A DNA stretch of 42,863 bases from Blastocatellia bacterium (GTDB lineage: Bacteria; Acidobacteriota; Blastocatellia; RBC074): positions 1-42,863 of the forward strand of contig JANMKB010000163.1 in NCBI GenBank assembly GCA_031371805.1. The letters are read 5' to 3'. The position numbers and the translations under genes are program-made. Below are positions 29,359 through 38,009 of this stretch, piece by piece (within the stretch, counting starts at the first letter, position 1; the number at the start of each line of letters is the position of its first letter). A model generated the notes under the pieces. That model was not told the origin of the DNA. It made no database searches and saw only the letters and a program-made list of their open reading frames with translations.

Positions 29359-30729
29359 ATGGGACACAGAGTCCTGCTCGCTGATGACAGCATCACCGTC
29401 CAAAAAATTGTCAAATTAAGTTTGAGTGAAGAAGGCATCGAGGTCATTGCCTTTGGCAACGGCGAAGAAGCTGTCCAGCAGATCGAAAGTCTTCAGCCTG
29501 ACTTAATTATGGCCGATGTTTTTATGCCGGGTAAAGATGGCTATGAAGTCTGCGAATACGTCAAAGCTCATCCTCACTTAAATCAAACACCTGTTATTCT
29601 GCTTGTTCATGCGTTTGAGCCATTTGATCCTGAGCGAGCTAAAAAGGTGAATGCCGATCATCAATTGACTAAGCCGTTTCAATCCATTCGCACGCTGGTC
29701 TCAACGGTGCAGGAATTACTGAACAAACCTAAGCAGCCAGCCGCCGTCATGGCCGCTGAAGCAGTTCCAGCGTTGCCGATTGTGGAACCGGGTCAGGTGG
29801 TTGATTCAACCGCGTCTGCGGTAATGGCGCAACCAATGCAGGAAGAGGAGATAGCCTTTTCACCTGCTTCAATCCACGGTTTCAGTAGTGAGAAAGCAGA
29901 TGGGGAATTGATGCCCATGCCCAGCTTCGTGGCACCTGCGCCAATGCCCGTTGCTGTCCCGCCGCCCTCACAAGTCATAGAATCGGCCTTTCCCTCGCCG
30001 CCGCCAATTTTAAATAGTTTTTCAGGGTCTGACTTTTTTCCGCCGCTTGATTTGCCGGAAATCCCAACTACAGCCTGGCAGCCCATTGCCAATACCGATT
30101 TACCAGAGTCATTACCACAGACGATTTCGGTAATGCCAACCCCGCCAGTGGCAGTTCCCTCTTTCGCAGGGTTTGCACCTCGCTCAACCCCGGATGTTGA
30201 TGCTGACGACGATGTTCTCGGACTTTCAGAGGTTTTGCCAGAAGCTTTGCCGCCAGTCCAGGCAATACAAGCGCAACCATCTTCCGCTCCGGCAGGATTT
30301 CCAATAGAGGCGGCAACCTCCGCTCAATTTAACGCGGCGGCGCTATCACCTGGGATTAATGAAACAGCGCCAATTGAGATGGGCGTAATTGAACCAGTGC
30401 CGACAATCGCAATACTGCCTGCGCTGCCTGAGTCAAATCAGCACTCCTTCACCAGTGGGCTGGATTTAGGTATAGGTCAGATGATCATGCAACCTTCCGT
30501 TTCCGAAGTCACTCCTCCTGTCCAGGACCTGCAAACTGGTACGCTGTCGGGTCAGGCTGGCACTGGGACAATGGAAATGTCCGAAGCAATGATCGAAGAA
30601 ATTGTCAATCGCGTTGTCCAGCGACTTTCAACTCGTGCAATTCAGGAAATCGCCTGGGAAGTCGTGCCTGAAATGGCGGAGTTGATGATTCGCAAACAGA
30701 TGGCTCAGCAACAGCAGCTCTCGCATTAA
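29359..30729 (+). CDS. Response regulator: CheY-like receiver + about 300-aa Pro-rich disordered region + conserved acidic C-terminal helix (RomR-like architecture)
   Basis: Receiver motifs LLADDS, IMADVFMPG (phospho-Asp context) and TKPF. A long P/A/S/V-rich segment follows. The C-terminus reads EEIVNRVVQRLSTRAIQEIAWEVVPEMAELMIRK. ATG at 29359, 8 nt after GGGAGG. Confidence 0.75.
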   Translation: MGHRVLLADDSITVQKIVKLSLSEEGIEVIAFGNGEEAVQQIESLQPDLIMADVFMPGKDGYEVCEYVKAHPHLNQTPVILLVHAFEPFDPERAKKVNADHQLTKPFQSIRTLVSTVQELLNKPKQPAAVMAAEAVPALPIVEPGQVVDSTASAVMAQPMQEEEIAFSPASIHGFSSEKADGELMPMPSFVAPAPMPVAVPPPSQVIESAFPSPPPILNSFSGSDFFPPLDLPEIPTTAWQPIANTDLPESLPQTISVMPTPPVAVPSFAGFAPRSTPDVDADDDVLGLSEVLPEALPPVQAIQAQPSSAPAGFPIEAATSAQFNAAALSPGINETAPIEMGVIEPVPTIAILPALPESNQHSFTSGLDLGIGQMIMQPSVSEVTPPVQDLQTGTLSGQAGTGTMEMSEAMIEEIVNRVVQRLSTRAIQEIAWEVVPEMAELMIRKQMAQQQQLSH

Positions 30730-30781
30730 CGAAATGTAGTTGGCTTGAGCCTGCTGCTTGATGGCAGGATGATAAAAAATC

Positions 30782-30822
30782 AGCGTCGGTATCTATTGCA
30801 GGTATCGGCGCTAATTTTTTTT
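30782..30822 (+). terminator. Rho-independent terminator after the response regulator gene
   Basis: Stem of 10-11 bp (AGCGTCGGTAT / GTATCGGCGCT, including G-U pairs) followed by AATTTTTTTT. Confidence 0.65.
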
Positions 30823-30922
30823 GATATTGACGAAGTGCTTAAGATTACTGATGATTGGTAATTCATCAAAACATCAGATTAAAAGCTGATTGCCTGGAAC
30901 TGAACGCTGATCGCTAAAATTT

Positions 30923-33697
30923 ATGGAAATTCCGAAACAATACGAACCCAAAGAAGTCGAAGGTCGCTGGTATCCTGAATGGGAAGCCAGCCAATATTTC
31001 ACGCCTGAAAAACAAACGAATCCTGCTGCGCCTGTTTTCACGATGGTGATCCCGCCACCGAACGTCACGGGTTATTTGCACATGGGACATGCGCTCAATC
31101 ACACGTTGCAGGACGTGTTAGCGCGTTGGCGCAGAATGAACGGCGATAGAGTTTTGTGGTTGCCGGGAACCGATCACGCCGGCATCGCTACGCAAATGGT
31201 CGTCACGCGACAACTCGCCGCTGAGGGCGTTGATCGCCGTGATTTAGGCCGCGAAAAATTCCTCGAAAAAGTTTGGGAATGGAAAGCCCATTCCGGCGGC
31301 ACGATTCAAAAACAAATGCGTATCGTCGGCGATTCCGTAGACTGGTCACGCGAACGCTTCACGATGGACGAAGGTTTGTCGAAAGCTGTGCTGGAAGTTT
31401 TTGTGCGCCTCTACGATGAAGGTTTGATTTATCGCGGCGAATACATGGTCAACTGGTCGCCCGGATTGCAAACTGCAATTTCCGATCTCGAAACTGAGAT
31501 GAAGCCCGTCAAGGGCAACATCTGGCACATCGCTTATCCGGTCAAAGACGGAGCGGAGGGGGACAGTACCACGAGCCGTAGCGAGCGGGTTGATCTCGCC
31601 GAAGCCTACGCCGCACTCAACGAAAGCGAAGCAAAATCAGGTCTGCTCAAAACTGCGCAGGGAACATTTATTGTCGTTGCTACAACACGCCCTGAAACAA
31701 TGCTCGGCGATACGGCAGTGGCGTTCAATCCTGAAGACGAACGCTATGCCGAATTGAAGGATAAAAAAGCTGTGTTGCCGCTGGTCGGACGTGAAATTCA
31801 ATTTATCCAAGATAACCTTGTAGAAAAAGATTTCGGTACAGGATTAGTCAAAGTCACGCCCGCGCACGATCCAAACGATTTTGCGATGGGCAAACGGCAC
31901 GGCCTGGAATTCATTCAGGTCATCAGCAAAGAAGCGAAAATTACAGATGCCGCGCCGGAAAAATATCGCGAACTTGATCGCTACGCCGCACGCAAAGCTG
32001 TCGTCGCTGATCTGGAAGCTGCCGGATTATTGCTCAAAGTCGAAGATTACACGCATAACGTCGGGCATTGCCAACGCAGCGGGCAGGTCGTCGAGCCATT
32101 AATTTCTACGCAATGGTTTATGAAAATGCAGCCGCTGGCTGAGCCTGCGCTACAGGCTGTTTTGGACGGTCGCACAAAAATTATTCCTGAAGGCGTTTCC
32201 AAAATTTATTGCGGCTGGCTCGAAAATATTCAGGATTGGTGCATCTCGCGGCAACTGTGGTGGGGGCATCGCATCCCCGCGTGGTATACGCCCGACGGCG
32301 AAATTATTGTCGCTCGCAACGAAGCCGAAGCCCGCGAACGTTTGGTGCAACAGGGCAAAGATGTAAACACTGTTTTGACGCCTGACGAAGACGTGCTCGA
32401 CACCTGGTTTTCATCTGCCTTGTGGCCTTTCTCAACGCTGGGCTGGCCTGAGCAAACGGAAGATTTGAAAAATTTCTATCCGACACAGGTTTTAGTCACG
32501 GCGCAGGACATTATCTTTTTCTGGGTCGCAAGAATGATGATGATGGGACTGAAATTTATGGGCGAAGTCCCGTTCAGTACCGTGTACATCAACGCGCTCG
32601 TCCTTGATCCGCACGGTCAGAAAATGTCGAAGACGAAGGGCAATGTGATTGATCCTTTGGAAGTTTTTGACAAGTACGGAACAGACGCGGCGCGGTTTGC
32701 TTTGACGGCGGCTTCGACGGCAGGATTGACGCTGGCGTTGCAGGATTCCAAGCTTGAGTCTTCGCGAAATTTTGCGAATAAAATCTGGAATGCAACGCGG
32801 TTTGTTTTGATGAATTGCGGCGAGATTTTAGAAGATCAGGAACCGCTGGAATGGGAAACAAAATTATCAAATCCAACCCTCGCGGATCGCTGGATTCTGA
32901 GCCGCTTGCAATCCGCTACCAGTGAAGTGAATTCGGCGTTGACAGAATATCGTTTTCACGAAGCCGCCGCGACGTTATATCAATTTTTCTGGAATGATTT
33001 CTGCGACTGGTACATTGAATTATCGAAGCCGTTTGTGACTTCGACGGAAATTTCTGATGAAAATACTGCCGTGAAACGCCGCATTATTTACATCCTCGAA
33101 CGCAGCCTGTGCTTGCTGCATCCACTGATGCCGTTCATCACCGAAGAGCTTTGGCAACGCCTGCCACACAAGGGCGAAACTATTTGCCTGAAGGATTTTC
33201 CGCAGGCAGTCGCACGCGATGAACAAGCCGAACGTGAGATGGAATTGTTCACTGGTATCGTGTCAAAACTTCGCAATATTCGTTCAACTTTTAATATTGC
33301 GCCATCAGTAAAAATCAAAGCGCAACTGGCAACTTCAGACGAAGCCAGCAAAGCGGTGATGACTGCGATGACGGATCAAATTATCAGGTTGGCGCGACTG
33401 GAAAGTCTTGAATTGGTCGAAGCTATTGCTGCGCAAAAAGGTTCTGTTCGTGATGTTTTGAGTGGAATCGAAATCGCTGTACCGCTTGAGGGACTGGTTG
33501 ATTTCGACAAAGAACGAGAACGTCTGAAAACTACAGTGACGAAACTTTCCGGTGAATACGAAGGCTTGCAAAAACGTCTGTCAAATCAGGATTTCGTAGC
33601 CCGTGCCGCCGCTGAAGTCGTCGCCCAATCACAAGCCCGTTCAGCCGAACTGGAAGAGCAAATTGCAAAGATGAAGGTTGTGATGGAGAATCTGTAA
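30923..33697 (+). CDS. valS: Valine--tRNA ligase
   Basis: HMGH (HIGH-type) motif, KMSKT(KG) motif, [11 protein letters not shown] editing-domain motif and a C-terminal coiled coil. 924 aa. Confidence 0.95.
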   Translation: MEIPKQYEPKEVEGRWYPEWEASQYFTPEKQTNPAAPVFTMVIPPPNVTGYLHMGHALNHTLQDVLARWRRMNGDRVLWLPGTDHAGIATQMVVTRQLAAEGVDRRDLGREKFLEKVWEWKAHSGGTIQKQMRIVGDSVDWSRERFTMDEGLSKAVLEVFVRLYDEGLIYRGEYMVNWSPGLQTAISDLETEMKPVKGNIWHIAYPVKDGAEGDSTTSRSERVDLAEAYAALNESEAKSGLLKTAQGTFIVVATTRPETMLGDTAVAFNPEDERYAELKDKKAVLPLVGREIQFIQDNLVEKDFGTGLVKVTPAHDPNDFAMGKRHGLEFIQVISKEAKITDAAPEKYRELDRYAARKAVVADLEAAGLLLKVEDYTHNVGHCQRSGQVVEPLISTQWFMKMQPLAEPALQAVLDGRTKIIPEGVSKIYCGWLENIQDWCISRQLWWGHRIPAWYTPDGEIIVARNEAEARERLVQQGKDVNTVLTPDEDVLDTWFSSALWPFSTLGWPEQTEDLKNFYPTQVLVTAQDIIFFWVARMMMMGLKFMGEVPFSTVYINALVLDPHGQKMSKTKGNVIDPLEVFDKYGTDAARFALTAASTAGLTLALQDSKLESSRNFANKIWNATRFVLMNCGEILEDQEPLEWETKLSNPTLADRWILSRLQSATSEVNSALTEYRFHEAAATLYQFFWNDFCDWYIELSKPFVTSTEISDENTAVKRRIIYILERSLCLLHPLMPFITEELWQRLPHKGETICLKDFPQAVARDEQAEREMELFTGIVSKLRNIRSTFNIAPSVKIKAQLATSDEASKAVMTAMTDQIIRLARLESLELVEAIAAQKGSVRDVLSGIEIAVPLEGLVDFDKERERLKTTVTKLSGEYEGLQKRLSNQDFVARAAAEVVAQSQARSAELEEQIAKMKVVMENL
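31563..31590 (+). repeat. 28-nt element embedded in-frame in valS (encodes STTSRSERV)
   Basis: ACAGTACCACGAGCCGTAGCGAGCGGGT matches 35724-35751 at 26/28 positions, in the same codon phase. Confidence 0.7.
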
Positions 33698-33699
33698 AA

Positions 33700-33766
33700 G
33701 GTACGATAGGCGTCCCGCCTGTCGAATTATTTTCAGATCAGCGACAGGCGGGACGCCTATCGTACC
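33700..33766 (+). terminator. valS terminator: perfect 25-bp inverted repeat of a self-complementary REP-like unit
   Basis: GGTACGATAGGCGTCCCGCCTGTCG - 17 nt - CGACAGGCGGGACGCCTATCGTACC, flanked by AAAA/TTTTT. Confidence 0.8.
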
Positions 33767-33783
33767 TTTTTGGAGGAACCCCA

Positions 33784-34713
33784 ATGCCCCTGCTGAAAAT
33801 TATTGTTTGCCTTTTGATTCTAACTGCTACGACCTTTGCGCAACCGCGTACCGCTACGACGCGAAAAACATTTAATCATCCACAGGGCTTCAGCTTTGAG
33901 CATCCGGCAGATTGGAAAATCGAAAGCAACGCCGAGGCTGCACAGATCATACCGCCTGGAACAGCCGCTGACGATCAAACCGAAAATTTTCGCCTCCTGA
34001 CAATCGCGGCTCCCATTGAAGTCACAGACCCCCGTTTTGCTGCTGAAATGGATCAGCTTGCCGCACAAATTCCCGGCTTCACGAAAATTGGTACGACACA
34101 AAGCTACAAAACAAAAAGTGGAAATGGCTTGCGCGGCATCTGGGCCGGAAAAAATCTGACCACGAATCAGCCTGTGCAAATGCGGATGTATGCCACTACT
34201 CTAAGTGGCAAGGCCATAGTGTTGTTCGCCGCCGGAACTCTGATTAAGCTTGATGCGCGTGAGGCAACTCTGCGCGAAATTGCCGCGAGTGTTGCGCCCG
34301 TCGCCGCAGCCGTCAATCGAGCAAGCCCAGCTATGCCTTCAACGAATAACGACCGTTCACCGCTCGCGCAACAATGGATACAAAAATTACGCGGCAAAAA
34401 ATTAGTGCAAATGAGCAGCTATAACAGTGGCGGCGGCTCCGGTGGCTACAGCAGCAAAACTGAAATTTATATCAACGCGAACAATACGTTTCAGGCGCGT
34501 TCGGAAAGCTCAGTTTCGGTCTATGTGCCGGGTGCAAATGGCGGTTCCGGTGGAACAAAAAAAGCTGCCGGAACATGGCGAATTTATGTCAACGGTTCAC
34601 AAGCTTTGCTCGAAATGAAATATGAGAATGGGCAGATCGAAACCAATGCACTGCAAGCCAATGGCGAGCAAACTTTCATCAACGGCAAACGATGGTTTGT
34701 CACGGAACAATAA
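33784..34713 (+). CDS. Secreted hypothetical protein
   Basis: GGAGG RBS and signal peptide MPLLKIIVCLLILTATTFAQ. The C-terminal half has Gly/Ser-rich loops. I assign no family with confidence. Confidence 0.6.
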   Translation: MPLLKIIVCLLILTATTFAQPRTATTRKTFNHPQGFSFEHPADWKIESNAEAAQIIPPGTAADDQTENFRLLTIAAPIEVTDPRFAAEMDQLAAQIPGFTKIGTTQSYKTKSGNGLRGIWAGKNLTTNQPVQMRMYATTLSGKAIVLFAAGTLIKLDAREATLREIAASVAPVAAAVNRASPAMPSTNNDRSPLAQQWIQKLRGKKLVQMSSYNSGGGSGGYSSKTEIYINANNTFQARSESSVSVYVPGANGGSGGTKKAAGTWRIYVNGSQALLEMKYENGQIETNALQANGEQTFINGKRWFVTEQ

Positions 34714-34800
34714 AATCACTTGTAAAAAATTATGGATAATAACCCAACTCGACAAGCTCCTTATCAAGTTGCTAAACCAGTTTATTCTGTCGCTCATCAC

Positions 34801-35139
34801 ATGGTGACGACGGCGTTTGAGTTACCCGGCTTTCGCATCGTCCAAAATCTTGGCGTAGTGCGTGGGATCACAGTGCGCTCGCGTTCAATTTTCGGTACGA
34901 TTGGCGCAGGCTTGCAAAGTATGGTCGGTGGCAACATTTCGATTTATACGAAGTTGTGCGAACAAACGCGTGAGGAAGCATTTGAAATTCTGATTCAGCA
35001 TGCTTCGGAAATTGGCGCGAACGCAATCATCGGCGCTCGTTACGACGCCAACGAAATCGGTCCCGGCGTAACCGAAGTTTTGGCGTATGGCACGGCGGTC
35101 ATCGCGCACCCCACCGAATCGGCAAATTATCAGCAGTAA
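34801..35139 (+). CDS. YbjQ/UPF0145 family protein
   Basis: [32 protein letters not shown]...[11 protein letters not shown] is the typical YbjQ pattern and length (112 aa). The alternative upstream ATG at 34732 would add 23 non-conserved residues. Confidence 0.75.
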   Translation: MVTTAFELPGFRIVQNLGVVRGITVRSRSIFGTIGAGLQSMVGGNISIYTKLCEQTREEAFEILIQHASEIGANAIIGARYDANEIGPGVTEVLAYGTAVIAHPTESANYQQ

Positions 35140-35167
35140 GGACAAGTTCTGCAAAAGGACGCTCTTC

Positions 35168-37210
35168 ATGAAAACTTTAATTTTGACCTGTGTATTCGCT
35201 TTGACGTTCTCGTTATTCGGCAGTGCGCAAACGCCGCGCCCGATGACATTTGATGATGTGATGGCGCTGAAAACTGTCGGCGCGACGGCGATTTCGCCTG
35301 ACGGTAAAATGATCACCTACACGCTCTCTTACTCTGATATGAAAGAGAACGAACGGCACACCGAAATTTGGATGGTCGCAGCCGAAGGCGGCAAATCGCG
35401 TCGTTTCACTACCGGCAAAAATGATGCTGCGCCTGCGTGGTCACCGGATGGACAAACGCTGGCATTCATTTCGACCCGCGGCACAGGCGAAGCCGCCAAG
35501 CCGCAGATTTATTTGCTCTCGCCGTTTGGTGGTGAGGCTGAAAAATTGACGGACTCCAAAACTGGCGTCAATTCTTTTACGTGGTCGCCCGATGGCAAAC
35601 GCATCGCCTACGTGGCACAGGTTCCGCTCACTGACGCGGAAGAGAAAAAGCAAAAAGACAAAGAGGATGCACAGGTTGTAGATACAAATTTTCGTTATTC
35701 ACATCTATGGACGATTGAGGTGAACAGTACCGCGAGCAGTAGCGAGCGGGTGACGGCAAAAGAAATTATCAAAGCTGATCTCGTCCTCAGCGATCCGCAA
35801 TTTTCACCTGATGGCAAGCGAATTTCTTACACGGCAAACCCAACAACGAAAGCGGACGACGGCAACTTGAGCGATATTTACATTGCCAATGCTGATGGTA
35901 GTGGTGCGCCGCGTAAGCTCTATGAAAATCCTGGCCCCGATTTCGGAGCGCGTTGGTCGCCGGATGGCAAATGGATTTCGTTCAGCAGCCGCGATACCAA
36001 AAACGGGAATCTGGGCTTTCCAGGGTTGCACATTATTGCAGCAGAAGGCGGCGCTCCGCGTCAGGTCATCCCAAATTTTGACAGAACATTTTCACCTGTC
36101 ACCTGGTCACGCGATGGCTCGACTTTGTATTTCAGTTCATCGCAACGCACGACTTCACAAATCTTCAGCGTCCCGGCATCTGGCGGCGAAGCGAAAATGA
36201 TTTCGTCCGGCGACGCAGTTATCAGCGGAGCTTCATTCATCAGCAACGGCGACAAAATCGCCTTTACGCGTGGCGATGTTCAGCATCCCGCGGACGTATA
36301 TATTTCATCGGCGAACAGCTTCAACCCAACGAAGCTCACCGATCATAATCCGCAATTGAAAGACATCGCGCTTGGTCACAGCGAAGTCATCAAATGGAAA
36401 AGTAAAGACGGCATGGAAATCGAAGGCGTACTGATTTATCCCGTTGGATACGAAGCAGGAAAACGCTACCCGATGATTGCCAATATTCACGGCGGCCCAT
36501 CAGGCGTATGGACGCAAAGTTTTCCTGGTTCGTGGGGAAATTTCGCGCACGTCTGGGCAGGCAAAGGCTGGGCAACATTTTTGCCGAACATCCGTGGCAG
36601 TTCGGGCTACGGCGAAAAATTTCTGCTGGCAAATGTGAAAGATTGGGGTGGCGGCGATTATCAGGATATTCAAACGGGACTGGACGAACTCATCAAGCGC
36701 GGCATCGCTGATCCTGAAAAATTAGGGCAGGCCGGATGGAGCTATGGCGGATACATGACCGCGTGGACGTTAACGCAAACAAATCGCTTCAAGGCCGTGA
36801 TGGTTGGCGCGGGGTTGACGAATATGTATTCGATGTATTCGACGAACGATTTACAAAGCGTCCTGGATGGATATTTCGGCGGTGAGCCGTGGGACATGAC
36901 AGATTTATATTGGAGCAGATCAGCGATGGCGCACATTAAAAAAGCGAAAACTCCGACGCTGATTTTGCACGGCGGCAACGACACACGCGTGCCAACCGGA
37001 CAAGCGCAGGAATTGTATATGGGACTAAAGAAAAATAATGTTCCCGTGCAATTAGTTTTCTTTCCGCGTGAAGGACATGGCCTGGTGGAGCCGCGTCATC
37101 AACTCGACAAAATGAAACGCGAGTACGCATACTTTGCAAAATTTGTGCTGGGAGTTGAAGCGGTAGAAGACAAGAAAAAGATGACTGCAACCGCTGAAAG
37201 CAATAAATAA
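35168..37210 (+). CDS. Peptidase S9 family serine peptidase (N-terminal TolB-like beta-propeller + alpha/beta hydrolase), secreted
   Basis: Signal peptide MKTLILTCVFALTFSLFGSAQ, repeated SPDGK propeller motifs, catalytic GWSYGGYMTAW, and D and H (GHG) motifs. Confidence 0.9.
   Translation: MKTLILTCVFALTFSLFGSAQTPRPMTFDDVMALKTVGATAISPDGKMITYTLSYSDMKENERHTEIWMVAAEGGKSRRFTTGKNDAAPAWSPDGQTLAFISTRGTGEAAKPQIYLLSPFGGEAEKLTDSKTGVNSFTWSPDGKRIAYVAQVPLTDAEEKKQKDKEDAQVVDTNFRYSHLWTIEVNSTASSSERVTAKEIIKADLVLSDPQFSPDGKRISYTANPTTKADDGNLSDIYIANADGSGAPRKLYENPGPDFGARWSPDGKWISFSSRDTKNGNLGFPGLHIIAAEGGAPRQVIPNFDRTFSPVTWSRDGSTLYFSSSQRTTSQIFSVPASGGEAKMISSGDAVISGASFISNGDKIAFTRGDVQHPADVYISSANSFNPTKLTDHNPQLKDIALGHSEVIKWKSKDGMEIEGVLIYPVGYEAGKRYPMIANIHGGPSGVWTQSFPGSWGNFAHVWAGKGWATFLPNIRGSSGYGEKFLLANVKDWGGGDYQDIQTGLDELIKRGIADPEKLGQAGWSYGGYMTAWTLTQTNRFKAVMVGAGLTNMYSMYSTNDLQSVLDGYFGGEPWDMTDLYWSRSAMAHIKKAKTPTLILHGGNDTRVPTGQAQELYMGLKKNNVPVQLVFFPREGHGLVEPRHQLDKMKREYAYFAKFVLGVEAVEDKKKMTATAESNK
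35724..35751 (+). repeat. 28-nt element embedded in-frame in the S9 peptidase gene (encodes STASSSERV)
   Basis: ACAGTACCGCGAGCAGTAGCGAGCGGGT. See the valS copy at 31563-31590. Confidence 0.7.
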
Positions 37211-37236
37211 TTTTTGTCATTTTGGCTGCCAGCCGA

Positions 37237-37308
37237 CTCTCAACTCTGCACTCTCAATTTTCAACTCCTTTACCAAAGAACGGAAAGTTGAGAGTGCAGA
37301 GTTGAGAA
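37237..37308 (+). terminator. Long perfect inverted repeat after the S9 peptidase gene
   Basis: TCTCAACTCTGCACTCTCAA (37238-37257) and its exact reverse complement (37288-37307) form a 20-bp perfect stem. Confidence 0.75.
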
Positions 37309-37339
37309 TTTTGAGTAAGGATATTTTGCTTATCAATTT

Positions 37340-37999
37340 ATGATCAAACTCTCCCCAATAATTCTTGTAACTTTGTTAGCAACATTTTTGCTGGCAAGTT
37401 CCACCAGCGTTTCTGCTCAACGTAGCAAAACTTCAAAAAAGTCTACCGCTGGCAAATCATTTTTAATGATTGCCGCGCAAAGCCAGATTACGATTACATT
37501 GACGCAGGAAGGCGTATTGCAAAAAATTCACCCGCTGCATCATGTCGCCGCGAAAAACTTCACGGGAAGAATTCAGCTTCCAAAAGACGAAACGAAAACT
37601 GTGGTAGAGCTGGACGCTGACACCAAATCCTTCGTCAATATTGACACCTACATGAAAGATTTTGAGAAGAGCGGTTTTCATAAAGTTTTGCACGGCGAAG
37701 TCCTGCAAAGTGATCGCTTCCCCAATATCAAATTTCGCTCGGTCTCGGTGACGAATCTGCAAAAATCCGGTAACAATCGCAGCTTCACCCTCAACGGAGA
37801 TTTAACGCTTCGAGGCGTCACGCGACGTGTAGCCTTTCCGGTCAAAGTCACGCTCAATGGCAACCAACTTCGGGCAACAGGCGAAGAAACGATCAAGCAA
37901 TCTGACTTTGGTATAACACCGTATTCAGGCGGCTTAGGTACAATAAAAATTGGCGATCAACTCAGAGTCAGCTTTGTGATCGTCGCACAAGCTTCTTAA
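37340..37999 (+). CDS. YceI-family (polyisoprenoid/lipid-binding) periplasmic protein
   Basis: Signal peptide and YceI-like pattern …FPNIKFRSVSV…FTLNGDLTLRGVTRRVAFPVKV…SDFGITPYSG. Confidence 0.8.
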   Translation: MIKLSPIILVTLLATFLLASSTSVSAQRSKTSKKSTAGKSFLMIAAQSQITITLTQEGVLQKIHPLHHVAAKNFTGRIQLPKDETKTVVELDADTKSFVNIDTYMKDFEKSGFHKVLHGEVLQSDRFPNIKFRSVSVTNLQKSGNNRSFTLNGDLTLRGVTRRVAFPVKVTLNGNQLRATGEETIKQSDFGITPYSGGLGTIKIGDQLRVSFVIVAQAS

Positions 38000-38009
38000 G
38001 AGATTTTGT

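Noticed and set aside
29147-29419. 90-aa ORF upstream of, and overlapping, the response-regulator start
   Set aside because: It has no RBS, begins just downstream of the bamD hairpin, and overlaps the well-placed GGGAGG-ATG start at 29359. It is probably non-coding leader.
30730-30922. Possible T-box or other leader upstream of valS
   Set aside because: The region contains the upstream gene's terminator plus small AT-rich hairpins. There is no T-box consensus or specifier-loop architecture.
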